IMG/VR virus record: IMGVR_UViG_3300008262_000008 | Length of the DNA: 64,000 nt | DNA from: a virus | Direction: 5' to 3' (one strand) | In this document: positions 50,913 to 58,137 of the stretch, one piece after another | Numbering within the stretch: position 1 is the stretch's first letter | Layout of the letters: each line of letters opens with the position of its first letter | The notes under the pieces: generated by a model | Databases searched by the model: none | Told to the model about the DNA's origin: nothing | Seen by the model: only the letters and a program-made list of their open reading frames with translations | Position numbers and translations under genes: made by a program

Positions 50913-51077
50913 TCAGTAGTTAGAAACAACGGTGAAGATGATGCCAGTTTCGTTATAACGAAGAGTCACATCACAGTAATACTCTTCAGACAGATTGTAG
51001 GCGAGATCGTATGCCTTATCCATGTCAGTGGTAGTGTTCTCCCACGGTGCAGCGGGGCAAAGAACATCAACTCGCAT
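50913..51077 (-). CDS. Small hypothetical protein (54 aa)
   Basis: Hand-translated MRVDVLCPAAPWENTTTDMDKAYDLAYNLSEEYYCDVTLRYNETGIIFTVVSNY. First gene after promoter copy 3. Confidence 0.7.
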   Translation of the reverse strand: MRVDVLCPAAPWENTTTDMDKAYDLAYNLSEEYYCDVTLRYNETGIIFTVVSNY

Positions 51078-51103
51078 TTGTTTCGTTTCCTGATTACCTT
51101 GTA

Positions 51104-51157
51104 AGGATAGGACGGATCACGCCAAAAGTCAAGCGTTTTGAGATTAGTGTTGCTTAT
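51104..51157 (-). promoter_or_regulatory. Early promoter + upstream palindrome, copy 3
   Basis: ATAAGCAACACTAAT-10bp-TTGACT-17bp-TATCCT. Near-identical to copy 2 over ~75 bp. Confidence 0.85.
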
Positions 51158-51393
51158 CGAAGAATGTGCCGATAATCAATTTCCCTAATCAACCAACCTG
51201 ATTGTGTTGCAATCTCTTCGCACAGTTCGTATGCTATATCAGCATCATCTGCATCGTTGTTTAGATCTAACTCAAAGATCTGTCCAATATAACGAGAGGG
51301 CAAAAACTCTTCAGTTTCAAGTTGATCTTGCTCACTCCAATCGTCATCATCAAGTGAACAATCAAATGCGATGTCAGTAACTTGAACTTGCAT
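51154..51393 (-). CDS. Acidic hypothetical protein (79 aa)
   Basis: QVTDI.FD...D.....L.EEI....GW.I..IDY pattern. Confidence 0.7.
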   Translation of the reverse strand: MQVQVTDIAFDCSLDDDDWSEQDQLETEEFLPSRYIGQIFELDLNNDADDADIAYELCEEIATQSGWLIREIDYRHILR

Positions 51394-51395
51394 GA

Positions 51396-51524
51396 TTATT
51401 TGCGGAGAGGAGAATTGAAATAACGACGGAAAGCAGTAACAAGAATGATACCCGTCGAAATAACACCAACGAGACCAAGGAAGGTAACAGCATCGCCGCT
51501 GAAAGTGTAAGTATCAGGGTTCAT
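51396..51524 (-). CDS. Single-pass membrane microprotein (42 aa)
   Basis: Hand-translated MNPDTYTFSGDAVTFLGLVGVISTGIILVTAFRRYFNSPLRK: a TM helix followed by a positive-inside tail. Confidence 0.7.
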   Translation of the reverse strand: MNPDTYTFSGDAVTFLGLVGVISTGIILVTAFRRYFNSPLRK

Positions 51525-51775
51525 CAAAGTCCTCCTGCTTGATTAACAAATGATTTAGCATCGCAAACTGTATCAAAGTATGCGATAGTTTCAAGATCAA
51601 CAGCAGCAGCACCTGCAGCGAGATCTATATTCTTTACCTTACGAAGTTCGAATCCTTCGAGAACACCACCATAAATCTCACCAATATATTGTCCATCGAG
51701 AAAGATCCATTCTTGATAGTTAGGATCTGCCATGTTGCGCTCGTATGCAATAGAATTGTTGTTCATGATAATCAA
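51524..51775 (-). CDS. Hypothetical protein (83 aa)
   Basis: Track ORF, tightly packed. Confidence 0.6.
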   Translation of the reverse strand: MIIMNNNSIAYERNMADPNYQEWIFLDGQYIGEIYGGVLEGFELRKVKNIDLAAGAAAVDLETIAYFDTVCDAKSFVNQAGGL

Positions 51776-51918
51776 CCTTGAGAAGCGTAGGACATCATTG
51801 CAATCACTTTATCGTACAGTTTCTCTACATCAACACCAACAGTTTCGGACACTTCTTGCCAATCATCATGAAAAGTGATAAGATCAGCGATTGCGGAAAG
51901 TTCGTCTGGAGTGAACAT
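51772..51918 (-). CDS. Small hypothetical protein (48 aa)
   Basis: Hand-translated MFTPDELSAIADLITFHDDWQEVSETVGVDVEKLYDKVIAMMSYASQG. First gene after promoter copy 4. Confidence 0.65.
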   Translation of the reverse strand: MFTPDELSAIADLITFHDDWQEVSETVGVDVEKLYDKVIAMMSYASQG

Positions 51919-51941
51919 TTGTTTTCTTTGCTTACCTTGTA

Positions 51942-51995
51942 AGGATAGAACGGATTGCGGGAAAAGTCAAGCGTTTTGAGATTAGCGTTTCTTAT
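51942..51995 (-). promoter_or_regulatory. Early promoter + upstream palindrome, copy 4
   Basis: ATAAGAAACGCTAAT-10bp-TTGACT-17bp-TATCCT. Confidence 0.85.
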
Positions 51996-52018
51996 GGGTT
52001 AGATAAGAGACTCAAATG

Positions 52019-52597
52019 TCAGTTTTCCAGCATTTCAGTGATAATAGGACCGAGCACATCTTGAAAGAAAGTGAAGAACTCAGTAGACGTAAATGGTACG
52101 TTTCCAAGTGTATCAATCATCCAATTTACACCATACACAGTGATACCTTTCTTGCCATACTTCTTGATCACACTAGTCGGAACTTCAGCAATACAGGGCA
52201 CAAAATACCCAAACTGCACAGGCAAATTATACTTTGCTTCCACTGCTTCCTTTACATCGAGCACCTTCTGATTAGATGCTGGATTCTTCTCACTATCGAA
52301 GTTCAGATTACACTTGCTTTCAAGATATTGAATTGCACCACTTTTAGCAAAGAGATGATCTAACTGACGCTCACGCCCATTTACATCAATTCGATTGCTT
52401 TCTTCGATGAGATTAACTGAACAATCGCTAATTACCTTGTTCCAGAAGATTTCAAGTTGATTGCCTAATTGAATGAGCACACCATTTTGTGATACTTTAT
52501 CACCCAATCCTGCTGCTGCCAGCAAATAACTTTCCGTCTTTTTACGCTCAATTTGCAACACCAAGGGAAGCAGATTGTCAGTGAGATAGTTGTTCAT
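52019..52597 (-). CDS. Putative PD-(D/E)XK restriction-endonuclease-fold nuclease
   Basis: 192 aa. GNQLE.FW helix, then RQLDHLF...YLESK (D...ExK spacing), then NLNFDSEK. Confidence 0.55.
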   Translation of the reverse strand: MNNYLTDNLLPLVLQIERKKTESYLLAAAGLGDKVSQNGVLIQLGNQLEIFWNKVISDCSVNLIEESNRIDVNGRERQLDHLFAKSGAIQYLESKCNLNFDSEKNPASNQKVLDVKEAVEAKYNLPVQFGYFVPCIAEVPTSVIKKYGKKGITVYGVNWMIDTLGNVPFTSTEFFTFFQDVLGPIITEMLEN

Positions 52598-52618
52598 TTG
52601 TGGTGATAATGAGGGTTT

Positions 52619-52741
52619 TCAGTCGTTCCAATACTCATCATATTCTTCTTCCGACATAGCAAACACCTTTGCAATCTCTTCACGATCTTCTTCACTAATG
52701 TCGAAGATTTCGCCTTGCATGTCAGCAATTTCGTCCCACAT
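52619..52741 (-). CDS. Small acidic protein (40 aa)
   Basis: Hand-translated MWDEIADMQGEIFDISEEDREEIAKVFAMSEEEYDEYWND. First gene after promoter copy 5. Confidence 0.65.
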   Translation of the reverse strand: MWDEIADMQGEIFDISEEDREEIAKVFAMSEEEYDEYWND

Positions 52742-52765
52742 GTGCTTTGTTTCGATTACTTTGTA

Positions 52766-52819
52766 ATGATAGAACGGATTGCCCCAAAAGTCAACCCCTG
52801 AAAGATCAGTGTTGCTTAT
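52766..52819 (-). promoter_or_regulatory. Early promoter + upstream palindrome, copy 5
   Basis: ATAAGCAACACTGAT-10bp-TTGACT-17bp-TATCAT. Confidence 0.85.
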
Positions 52820-52822
52820 GGG

Positions 52823-53716
52823 TCACCATGCCTTTGCCAAGTTAAAGTTATTGAAACTAAAGACTTGACGATTGACTAGTTTGAGCGTACCATAATCGTT
52901 CGACATCACATAACCTTCGTGATCCGCAATTTGTCCATCAATATAACAGCAAACTCCGTATTCAGGAATAATCAAGTTCATGAAATCTTGCTTGATAGAC
53001 ATAATCATGCGGTAAAATGCGAACAATGCGACATCATAACCAGTTTCTTCCGCAAGTGCTGCGGGGTCAATATCTTTGCCTTCACGAATATAACGATTGA
53101 GCACAATCTTGAGATCTTTTGCTTGCTTTTCAGTCACAAAATCAACAGCAGCAGACAAGAACATTGCACTGCAAACTTTACGTTGCAGTGCAACATTTGC
53201 AGTAGGATCTACCTGAGCACCAAACTTGACAAAATAGACTTTATCATTGCTGATCAGTTCAGGTACATCAAACGATGCAACTACATCACGAAGATTATCA
53301 CCAGTGTACGAAGTATGGCAAGCAATGATAAACTGTTGCTTGATGATATTGTCAAACTTATAGGTGATAGTATTAGGGCGATAGGTATCATCACCACCGA
53401 AACCAATAAAATCACCTTGCACAATACCTTTGATGCGAGGCAGACAATCAAATGCTACATGCAAAATATCAGCAACTTTACCCTCATGGTTAGCATCAAT
53501 CAACTCATGAGAATAGTTGATCTTGATTTTCTTTTTATTGAAGACAGATTTAGTACCAACGAAGAACTTTCCAGTTTCAGGATCAGTGCCAAACACAATA
53601 GCAGGAGCACCATCCCATTTGATGCTAACTTTGCCAGAATGAGTGAACCAATCCAGCACTGACATATCGCCAGTGAGAATAAGATCTTCAGGATGTTCGA
53701 GATGGGTGTTTTTCAT
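52823..53716 (-). CDS. DUF6267-like protein with ATP-dependent ligase/nucleotidyltransferase motifs
   Basis: 297 aa. KNTHLEHPED N-terminus, SIKWDGAPA (KxDG motif I), QGDFI (III-like), HEGYV (IV) and LKLVNR (V-like). Confidence 0.65.
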   Translation of the reverse strand: MKNTHLEHPEDLILTGDMSVLDWFTHSGKVSIKWDGAPAIVFGTDPETGKFFVGTKSVFNKKKIKINYSHELIDANHEGKVADILHVAFDCLPRIKGIVQGDFIGFGGDDTYRPNTITYKFDNIIKQQFIIACHTSYTGDNLRDVVASFDVPELISNDKVYFVKFGAQVDPTANVALQRKVCSAMFLSAAVDFVTEKQAKDLKIVLNRYIREGKDIDPAALAEETGYDVALFAFYRMIMSIKQDFMNLIIPEYGVCCYIDGQIADHEGYVMSNDYGTLKLVNRQVFSFNNFNLAKAW

Positions 53717-53722
53717 GCTTTA

Positions 53723-53776
53723 AGTATGGCACACAATCAGGCAAAAGTCAACCCCTGAATGATCAGCGTTGCTTAT
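53723..53776 (-). promoter_or_regulatory. Early promoter + upstream palindrome, copy 6
   Basis: ATAAGCAACGCTGAT-10bp-TTGACT-17bp-CATACT. The ATG follows only 6 nt after the -10 box. Confidence 0.85.
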
Positions 53777-54051
53777 CAGACAGAATAGGTCAACTTATCT
53801 TTTAACTTTTGCATCGCACTGTAGGGTGTAGTTTTATTCAGATCAACTACACTTCCAACGGTTGTGCTATTCTTTGGTGCGTGGAATTGTTTTGTCTTGG
53901 TGTTGTAGAATCCCCAGATACAACGACATTCATCACCCAAATTGTAATCAAACCTACGATCAAAATAAATCCAGATTGCAATAACATTGCTCTTAAAGTC
54001 TGTGCGCTCATAGTGATAACCTTCGGGTGCTTTATGAAATAATAGTTTCAT
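53776..54051 (-). CDS. Conserved cyanophage hypothetical protein (91 aa)
   Basis: H.APEGY.Y....K.NVIAIW...IWGFYNTK...HAP.NS..VG.......TTPYSAM. Confidence 0.75.
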   Translation of the reverse strand: MKLLFHKAPEGYHYERTDFKSNVIAIWIYFDRRFDYNLGDECRCIWGFYNTKTKQFHAPKNSTTVGSVVDLNKTTPYSAMQKLKDKLTYSV

Positions 54052-54191
54052 GTGAATACTGCTGTAACTCCTATCACTTTAGCAGTAGGATTGCGAGCAA
54101 GTGCAGTACGCTTAGCATCAGCATAATCTCGTGCTTCAACTATCTCATCGAACACTTTGCCAGCAACATATAACTGAACTTTGCACTTCAT
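54048..54191 (-). CDS. Conserved cyanophage small protein (47 aa)
   Basis: Hand-translated MKCKVQLYVAGKVFDEIVEARDYADAKRTALARNPTAKVIGVTAVFT. ATGA coupling on both sides. Confidence 0.8.
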   Translation of the reverse strand: MKCKVQLYVAGKVFDEIVEARDYADAKRTALARNPTAKVIGVTAVFT

Positions 54192-54370
54192 CGTGTTTGA
54201 TTACGATACTTTCTCTTGACATATTTGCTCACAATATTATCAATCACAGGATACCATGGTTCTTTATTGCTAGGGTATCCAAGTTGCCGTGCTTCAGTGA
54301 GCAACATCATGATGCAGTTCTCTTCTTCTTGAGTGAGATTGAGGTAATTGATAATACTAGTTTCAATCAT
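54188..54370 (-). CDS. Hypothetical protein (60 aa)
   Basis: Track ORF, coupled to neighbours. Confidence 0.6.
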   Translation of the reverse strand: MIETSIINYLNLTQEEENCIMMLLTEARQLGYPSNKEPWYPVIDNIVSKYVKRKYRNQTR

Positions 54371-54600
54371 CAGTAGTGTGCTTCAGAGTAATCGAGTTGT
54401 GCAGAGTATTCTGCAATTTTATCGAAACACTTTTTACGCATTTCGGTATCAGCACCTTGCATAAATGAGAAGCAATACTTCATACGCTGTTCAGGATGTG
54501 CATTGATGCGAGCAATCTCTGCCTTCGATTTGTTGTATGCGGCATTATATGCAAACATTTCACGATCTTCGATGCTCATGGTGTGAAACTTGCGGTTCAT
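54370..54600 (-). CDS. Hypothetical protein (76 aa)
   Basis: Track ORF, first gene after promoter copy 7. Confidence 0.65.
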   Translation of the reverse strand: MNRKFHTMSIEDREMFAYNAAYNKSKAEIARINAHPEQRMKYCFSFMQGADTEMRKKCFDKIAEYSAQLDYSEAHY

Positions 54601-54622
54601 GTCGTTTCCTGATTACCTTGTA

Positions 54623-54676
54623 ATAATAAGGCAAAAGGGGGCAGATGTCAACCCCCTATTGATCAGCGTTACTTAT
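54623..54676 (-). promoter_or_regulatory. Early promoter + upstream palindrome, copy 7
   Basis: ATAAGTAACGCTGAT-10bp-TTGACA-17bp-TATTAT, leader TACAAGGTAATCAGGAAACG. Confidence 0.88.
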
Positions 54677-54693
54677 GAGTATGATAAAGTATT

Positions 54694-54816
54694 TTAATAT
54701 GTCATATTGTCATCAATTCTATAGTCTTCAGGATCACCGATGGTATCATCTTCCATCACATCATCAATCCAATCACGATTAAGTTCATCGCATTGAATGT
54801 CATCAAAAATGTTCAT
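54694..54816 (-). CDS. Very acidic microprotein (40 aa)
   Basis: Hand-translated MNIFDDIQCDELNRDWIDDVMEDDTIGDPEDYRIDDNMTY. Confidence 0.5.
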   Translation of the reverse strand: MNIFDDIQCDELNRDWIDDVMEDDTIGDPEDYRIDDNMTY

Positions 54817-54944
54817 GATTGTTTCTTTAATTTCTGAATAAATTGGTTACGTTGTTTCTTGAGTTGACGTGTTCGAGCAGAACGTTTAGGAGATTTATCG
54901 TTTCTCCCTTGTTTTCTCGGTGTTTCGTGTGATTTGAGGTGCAT
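54813..54944 (-). CDS. Basic microprotein (43 aa)
   Basis: Hand-translated MHLKSHETPRKQGRNDKSPKRSARTRQLKKQRNQFIQKLKKQS. ATGA overlap. Confidence 0.55.
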   Translation of the reverse strand: MHLKSHETPRKQGRNDKSPKRSARTRQLKKQRNQFIQKLKKQS

Positions 54945-54949
54945 TGTTC

Positions 54950-55099
54950 TTACTCATAGTCATAATCTATGATATAATCTATACTATAATCATCATATTC
55001 AATTTCATATTCTTCATCTGTTATGATTGGTTCTCTAAACTCTTTAACCCATTCAGAGAGAGATACTGTTGTAGAATACGGATTGAACTTGTTATACAT
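54950..55099 (-). CDS. Acidic/Tyr-rich microprotein (49 aa)
   Basis: Hand-translated MYNKFNPYSTTVSLSEWVKEFREPIITDEEYEIEYDDYSIDYIIDYDYE. Confidence 0.5.
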   Translation of the reverse strand: MYNKFNPYSTTVSLSEWVKEFREPIITDEEYEIEYDDYSIDYIIDYDYE

Positions 55100-55109
55100 G
55101 AGTTAGTCC

Positions 55110-55286
55110 TCAACGTTGATAATCTTCTTCAGAGAACTCATCATAGATCTTTTCTAGTTTTCGTTGGCGATTATTCTGTTTTTTAACATCATAACTGAAC
55201 TCATCATGGAAACGAAACCTAGTAGAAACTTTGTTTCGATGTGACTTTGGAGTATAGTCACTGTTACGACGGAAAGTTTTACCCAT
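55110..55286 (-). CDS. Small protein (58 aa)
   Basis: Hand-translated MGKTFRRNSDYTPKSHRNKVSTRFRFHDEFSYDVKKQNNRQRKLEKIYDEFSEEDYQR. Confidence 0.6.
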   Translation of the reverse strand: MGKTFRRNSDYTPKSHRNKVSTRFRFHDEFSYDVKKQNNRQRKLEKIYDEFSEEDYQR

Positions 55287-55358
55287 GTTTAATGTGATTT
55301 AAGCAATGTAAAGTACAATTTATTTAGACGACATGCAATCATTTTTGATTGCCTAGAC

Positions 55359-55387
55359 ATCATAGACCTCTTGCCAGTTGTTGTCAA
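55359..55387 (-). promoter_or_regulatory. Sigma70-type promoter without the palindrome
   Basis: TTGACA-17bp-TATGAT. Confidence 0.75.
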
Positions 55388-55409
55388 TAGGTCCAGTTTG
55401 GAAAGTGGA

Positions 55410-56657
55410 TCAGCGGGTTGCCACACTGATAGCAGGCAGACCTTGCACGAAGATGGTGTCAACAACCCCTTGCAATCTCTTGGCAATAGCACTACCATAG
55501 TTGGTGAACACTGGCACGATCACACTACCAAACTGTTTGCGATACAGATGACATGCACCTGCAGGAATACGACCAGCAGCAATATCCTTGGCATCATCTT
55601 TGTCCATACGGATAACACGACCGACAGTTTGTGCCATCTCGATGATAGGCATTTGACGCAACATGATGCAGTTGGTGAGACCAGGAACGTTGATACCTTC
55701 GGAAAGAATACTATAGTGAAGGAGCACAAACTTCTTGGATTTGTCTTTGCCCCACTCAGTCAGAGTGTCAAAGAACTTCTCACGATTGACCTTGGTACGA
55801 TTAACATAGGCACCGTGCTTAGAAGTGATGTGAAGGATGCCAAATCCACGCTCTTCAAGTTCCCTAAGAATGTCAGAGTTAGTGAGCATGTTCCACATCA
55901 CTTTGGTGCTGGGAGCAGCAACGAGCACCTTAGGATTGCCCTCCAGAGTGTCAAGAATGTCAACAATCATGTTACGATCTGCCTCAGCAGCAGTACGCTT
56001 ATCACGGGTGATGTCTACTTTGTAGGTATCAACTTGTGGAGGAATGATGCAACCAGTGTCAATCAGTTCTTTAGCAGCAACGTTGTGAATAATGTTGCCG
56101 TAGATGCTAACGTTGTTCATGCCGTTAGCATTAGGATTGGTATGATGTTTGGGAGTTGCAGTGAAGAAATACTTGCTATCTGCAGACATCGAAGTAGCAG
56201 CAACAGCAATAAAGTGAGACTTTTGAGTAGAATTGTGTGCCTCGTCGAAGTATGCTACATCAACATTCACACCAGCATCAACAACACGACCCAGAGAATG
56301 ATAGGTAGTGAAGATGATACGATTGGTGCCTGCATGTTGAGTAACCCAATCCGCAATCTTGTCGGATTTGGTAGTAGAATAGTGATGTGTCTCACCACTA
56401 TGAACGTGCATCACATTTGCAGAGGTGATAAACTCAAGAAACTCTGCAGAGAGTTGCTCAGCAAGCAGAATACGAGGTGCTACAACAACAGCAACCTGAC
56501 CAGGATTCTGCACAAAACGTTGCAGCAAGTTCATGATCATAACAAGAGTTTTCCCACCACCAGTAGGAAAAATAATTTGCCCAATATCGTGCTGGTTCAT
56601 TGCATCGAGAGCACGAGATTGATGTAGACGTAATTTCATAACAAAGTCGATCACCAT
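55410..56657 (-). CDS. Superfamily II DEAH-box helicase (ResIII-like)
   Basis: PTGGGKT (Walker A), FDEAH (motif II), FTATP (III), LSEGINV (V) and QTVGRVIR (VI). The true start may be MKLRLHQ at 56639. Confidence 0.9.
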   Translation of the reverse strand: MVIDFVMKLRLHQSRALDAMNQHDIGQIIFPTGGGKTLVMIMNLLQRFVQNPGQVAVVVAPRILLAEQLSAEFLEFITSANVMHVHSGETHHYSTTKSDKIADWVTQHAGTNRIIFTTYHSLGRVVDAGVNVDVAYFDEAHNSTQKSHFIAVAATSMSADSKYFFTATPKHHTNPNANGMNNVSIYGNIIHNVAAKELIDTGCIIPPQVDTYKVDITRDKRTAAEADRNMIVDILDTLEGNPKVLVAAPSTKVMWNMLTNSDILRELEERGFGILHITSKHGAYVNRTKVNREKFFDTLTEWGKDKSKKFVLLHYSILSEGINVPGLTNCIMLRQMPIIEMAQTVGRVIRMDKDDAKDIAAGRIPAGACHLYRKQFGSVIVPVFTNYGSAIAKRLQGVVDTIFVQGLPAISVATR

Positions 56658-56660
56658 GTA

Positions 56661-56714
56661 AATATCCCATAAAAAAGAGGGTTTGTCAACCCCCTATTGA
56701 TCAGTAAAACTAAT
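56661..56714 (-). promoter_or_regulatory. Early promoter + upstream palindrome, copy 8 (variant)
   Basis: ATTAGTTTTACTGAT-10bp-TTGACA-17bp-GATATT. The 10-bp gap is identical to copy 7, the palindrome arms are kept, and the -10 box is degenerate. Confidence 0.65.
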
Positions 56715-57408
56715 CATCAACATTAAATATCTTTATCAAATCTTGCTTTTCATCATATTTTCCCATTAATTTATCATTTATGCTACACCATTGTAGCAGT
56801 TTATCCTCACAAAAATATGCTTCTTCTCCATATTTTTGTCTTAGCATTTCTTCGTAACTATCATATGAACTTCGTCTGTACATATAATGACCATACAAAT
56901 GCGTTTCTAATCTATGGCAGATTACACACAACTGTTCGCAATTCTTCAACTCTAATTGAAGTTTTTCATATAATTTTTTCTTTTTATTAGGATCGTCTAC
57001 ACGATACCATTCCCTAATAAGATTTGATACATTATCTGTTTTTTTATTTCTATCAATATGGTTCCACTCAAATAATTTTATAATATATTCATATTGTTCA
57101 ATTTCAGTTAAATCTTTAAACTCTGGATATACTTTAATTGCATCTTCAATAGCAAGAAATCCATTACGATGATACCTACATTTGGGATTTTCACAACCAA
57201 TGGTTAACCAGTCTTTGTTAATTTCATACAGTCGTTTAGGTCTTTCAGACCTAATTACTGCACGACGGTTTCTCTCTCGTATTCTTTGTGCAATATACTT
57301 ATTCCTGTCTATGAGATGAGAACCTCTCTGACTTGTTTTATATATTTTACCATTAGGAAGTGGATCACCTGCCATACCAGGTTGACCCCAAATATTTAAT
57401 ATTGTCAT
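56710..57408 (-). CDS. HNH-type endonuclease (putative homing endonuclease)
   Basis: 232 aa. GCENPKC Zn half-site, EWNHID, N...CEQLCVICH. Visibly more AT-rich than the flanking helicase gene. Confidence 0.65.
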   Translation of the reverse strand: MTILNIWGQPGMAGDPLPNGKIYKTSQRGSHLIDRNKYIAQRIRERNRRAVIRSERPKRLYEINKDWLTIGCENPKCRYHRNGFLAIEDAIKVYPEFKDLTEIEQYEYIIKLFEWNHIDRNKKTDNVSNLIREWYRVDDPNKKKKLYEKLQLELKNCEQLCVICHRLETHLYGHYMYRRSSYDSYEEMLRQKYGEEAYFCEDKLLQWCSINDKLMGKYDEKQDLIKIFNVDD

Positions 57409-57417
57409 ATGAGTTTA

Positions 57418-57687
57418 TTATTTTTTATTTTGTTTTTTTATAATTTCATTAATTTTTTTAATTTCTTCTTTTCCAAAATATTCATGGTGAGTAACTTCAT
57501 ACTCTAATCCATGTTTGCCAGCATCGAACCATTCAGCATATTCTTCATAAATTGCCTTAGCATTGCCAGAATAATAATCAACTAAAGATTGTCTTTTTAA
57601 CTTGTGAGAATGTGCCTCAAGATCAATCATTCGTGCGCCCATCGTCATGAATGTTTCTTTAACAGCATCATAAAGTGCTTTTTCCAT
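57418..57687 (-). CDS. Hypothetical protein (89 aa)
   Basis: Track ORF. Confidence 0.6.
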   Translation of the reverse strand: MEKALYDAVKETFMTMGARMIDLEAHSHKLKRQSLVDYYSGNAKAIYEEYAEWFDAGKHGLEYEVTHHEYFGKEEIKKINEIIKKQNKK

Positions 57688-57693
57688 AATTAA

Positions 57694-57855
57694 TTACCTA
57701 CTGAAGTCGTTTTTAAGTTTTAATGCAATTTCATTTGTCTCATCAATGTGACCTAGGTATGCATTTACTAGATTTAGAATAAAGTTTTGTTCTGGTATTG
57801 TAAAATACAAACGACGATTTGGAACCCAAACATTAGATTGTTTTGTTTCTGGCAT
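57694..57855 (-). CDS. Small hypothetical protein (53 aa)
   Basis: Hand-translated MPETKQSNVWVPNRRLYFTIPEQNFILNLVNAYLGHIDETNEIALKLKNDFSR, downstream of a promoter. Confidence 0.55.
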   Translation of the reverse strand: MPETKQSNVWVPNRRLYFTIPEQNFILNLVNAYLGHIDETNEIALKLKNDFSR

Positions 57856-57876
57856 GGTTGATTGAAGATAGTAGGT

Positions 57877-57905
57877 ACAGTAGCATGAAAAAGGGAACTT
57901 GTCAA
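57877..57905 (-). promoter_or_regulatory. Sigma70-type promoter without the palindrome
   Basis: TTGACA-17bp-TACTGT with an extended TG. Confidence 0.7.
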
Positions 57906-57912
57906 CCCCCCT

Positions 57913-58137
57913 TCAATAAACATCATTGGGGGATGGAAAGTCCGCCATCATAGTATAATTTATGAGTGCATCAATTTGTGCTTGCAATCTGTTCTCCATT
58001 TCATAGAGAGCATTAGTTGTTTCAACATTTTCTTGTTCCAGATATTTGACACGTTCTTCTAATTCATTTACCTTTTCAGTAAGTTGTTTGACTAGTAAAT
58101 TAAGTGTGTTCATATCAATAATTTGTTGGTCCATCAA
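57913..58137 (-). CDS. Coiled-coil hypothetical protein
   Basis: L...V..LEERV..LEQENVETTN.LYE..NRL pattern. The start is uncertain (58134 or 58113). Confidence 0.7.
   Translation of the reverse strand: MMDQQIIDMNTLNLLVKQLTEKVNELEERVKYLEQENVETTNALYEMENRLQAQIDALINYTMMADFPSPNDVY

Noticed and set aside
52919-53662. 247-aa plus-strand ORF
   Set aside because: Antisense shadow of the DUF6267-like gene.
50014-54676. Regularly recurring repeats as a CRISPR array
   Set aside because: Spacing is ~0.8-1.8 kb with genes in between, the repeats are promoters, and there are no cas genes.
55371-56627. 418-aa plus-strand ORF
   Set aside because: Antisense shadow of the helicase gene, with no recognisable motifs, promoter or SD.
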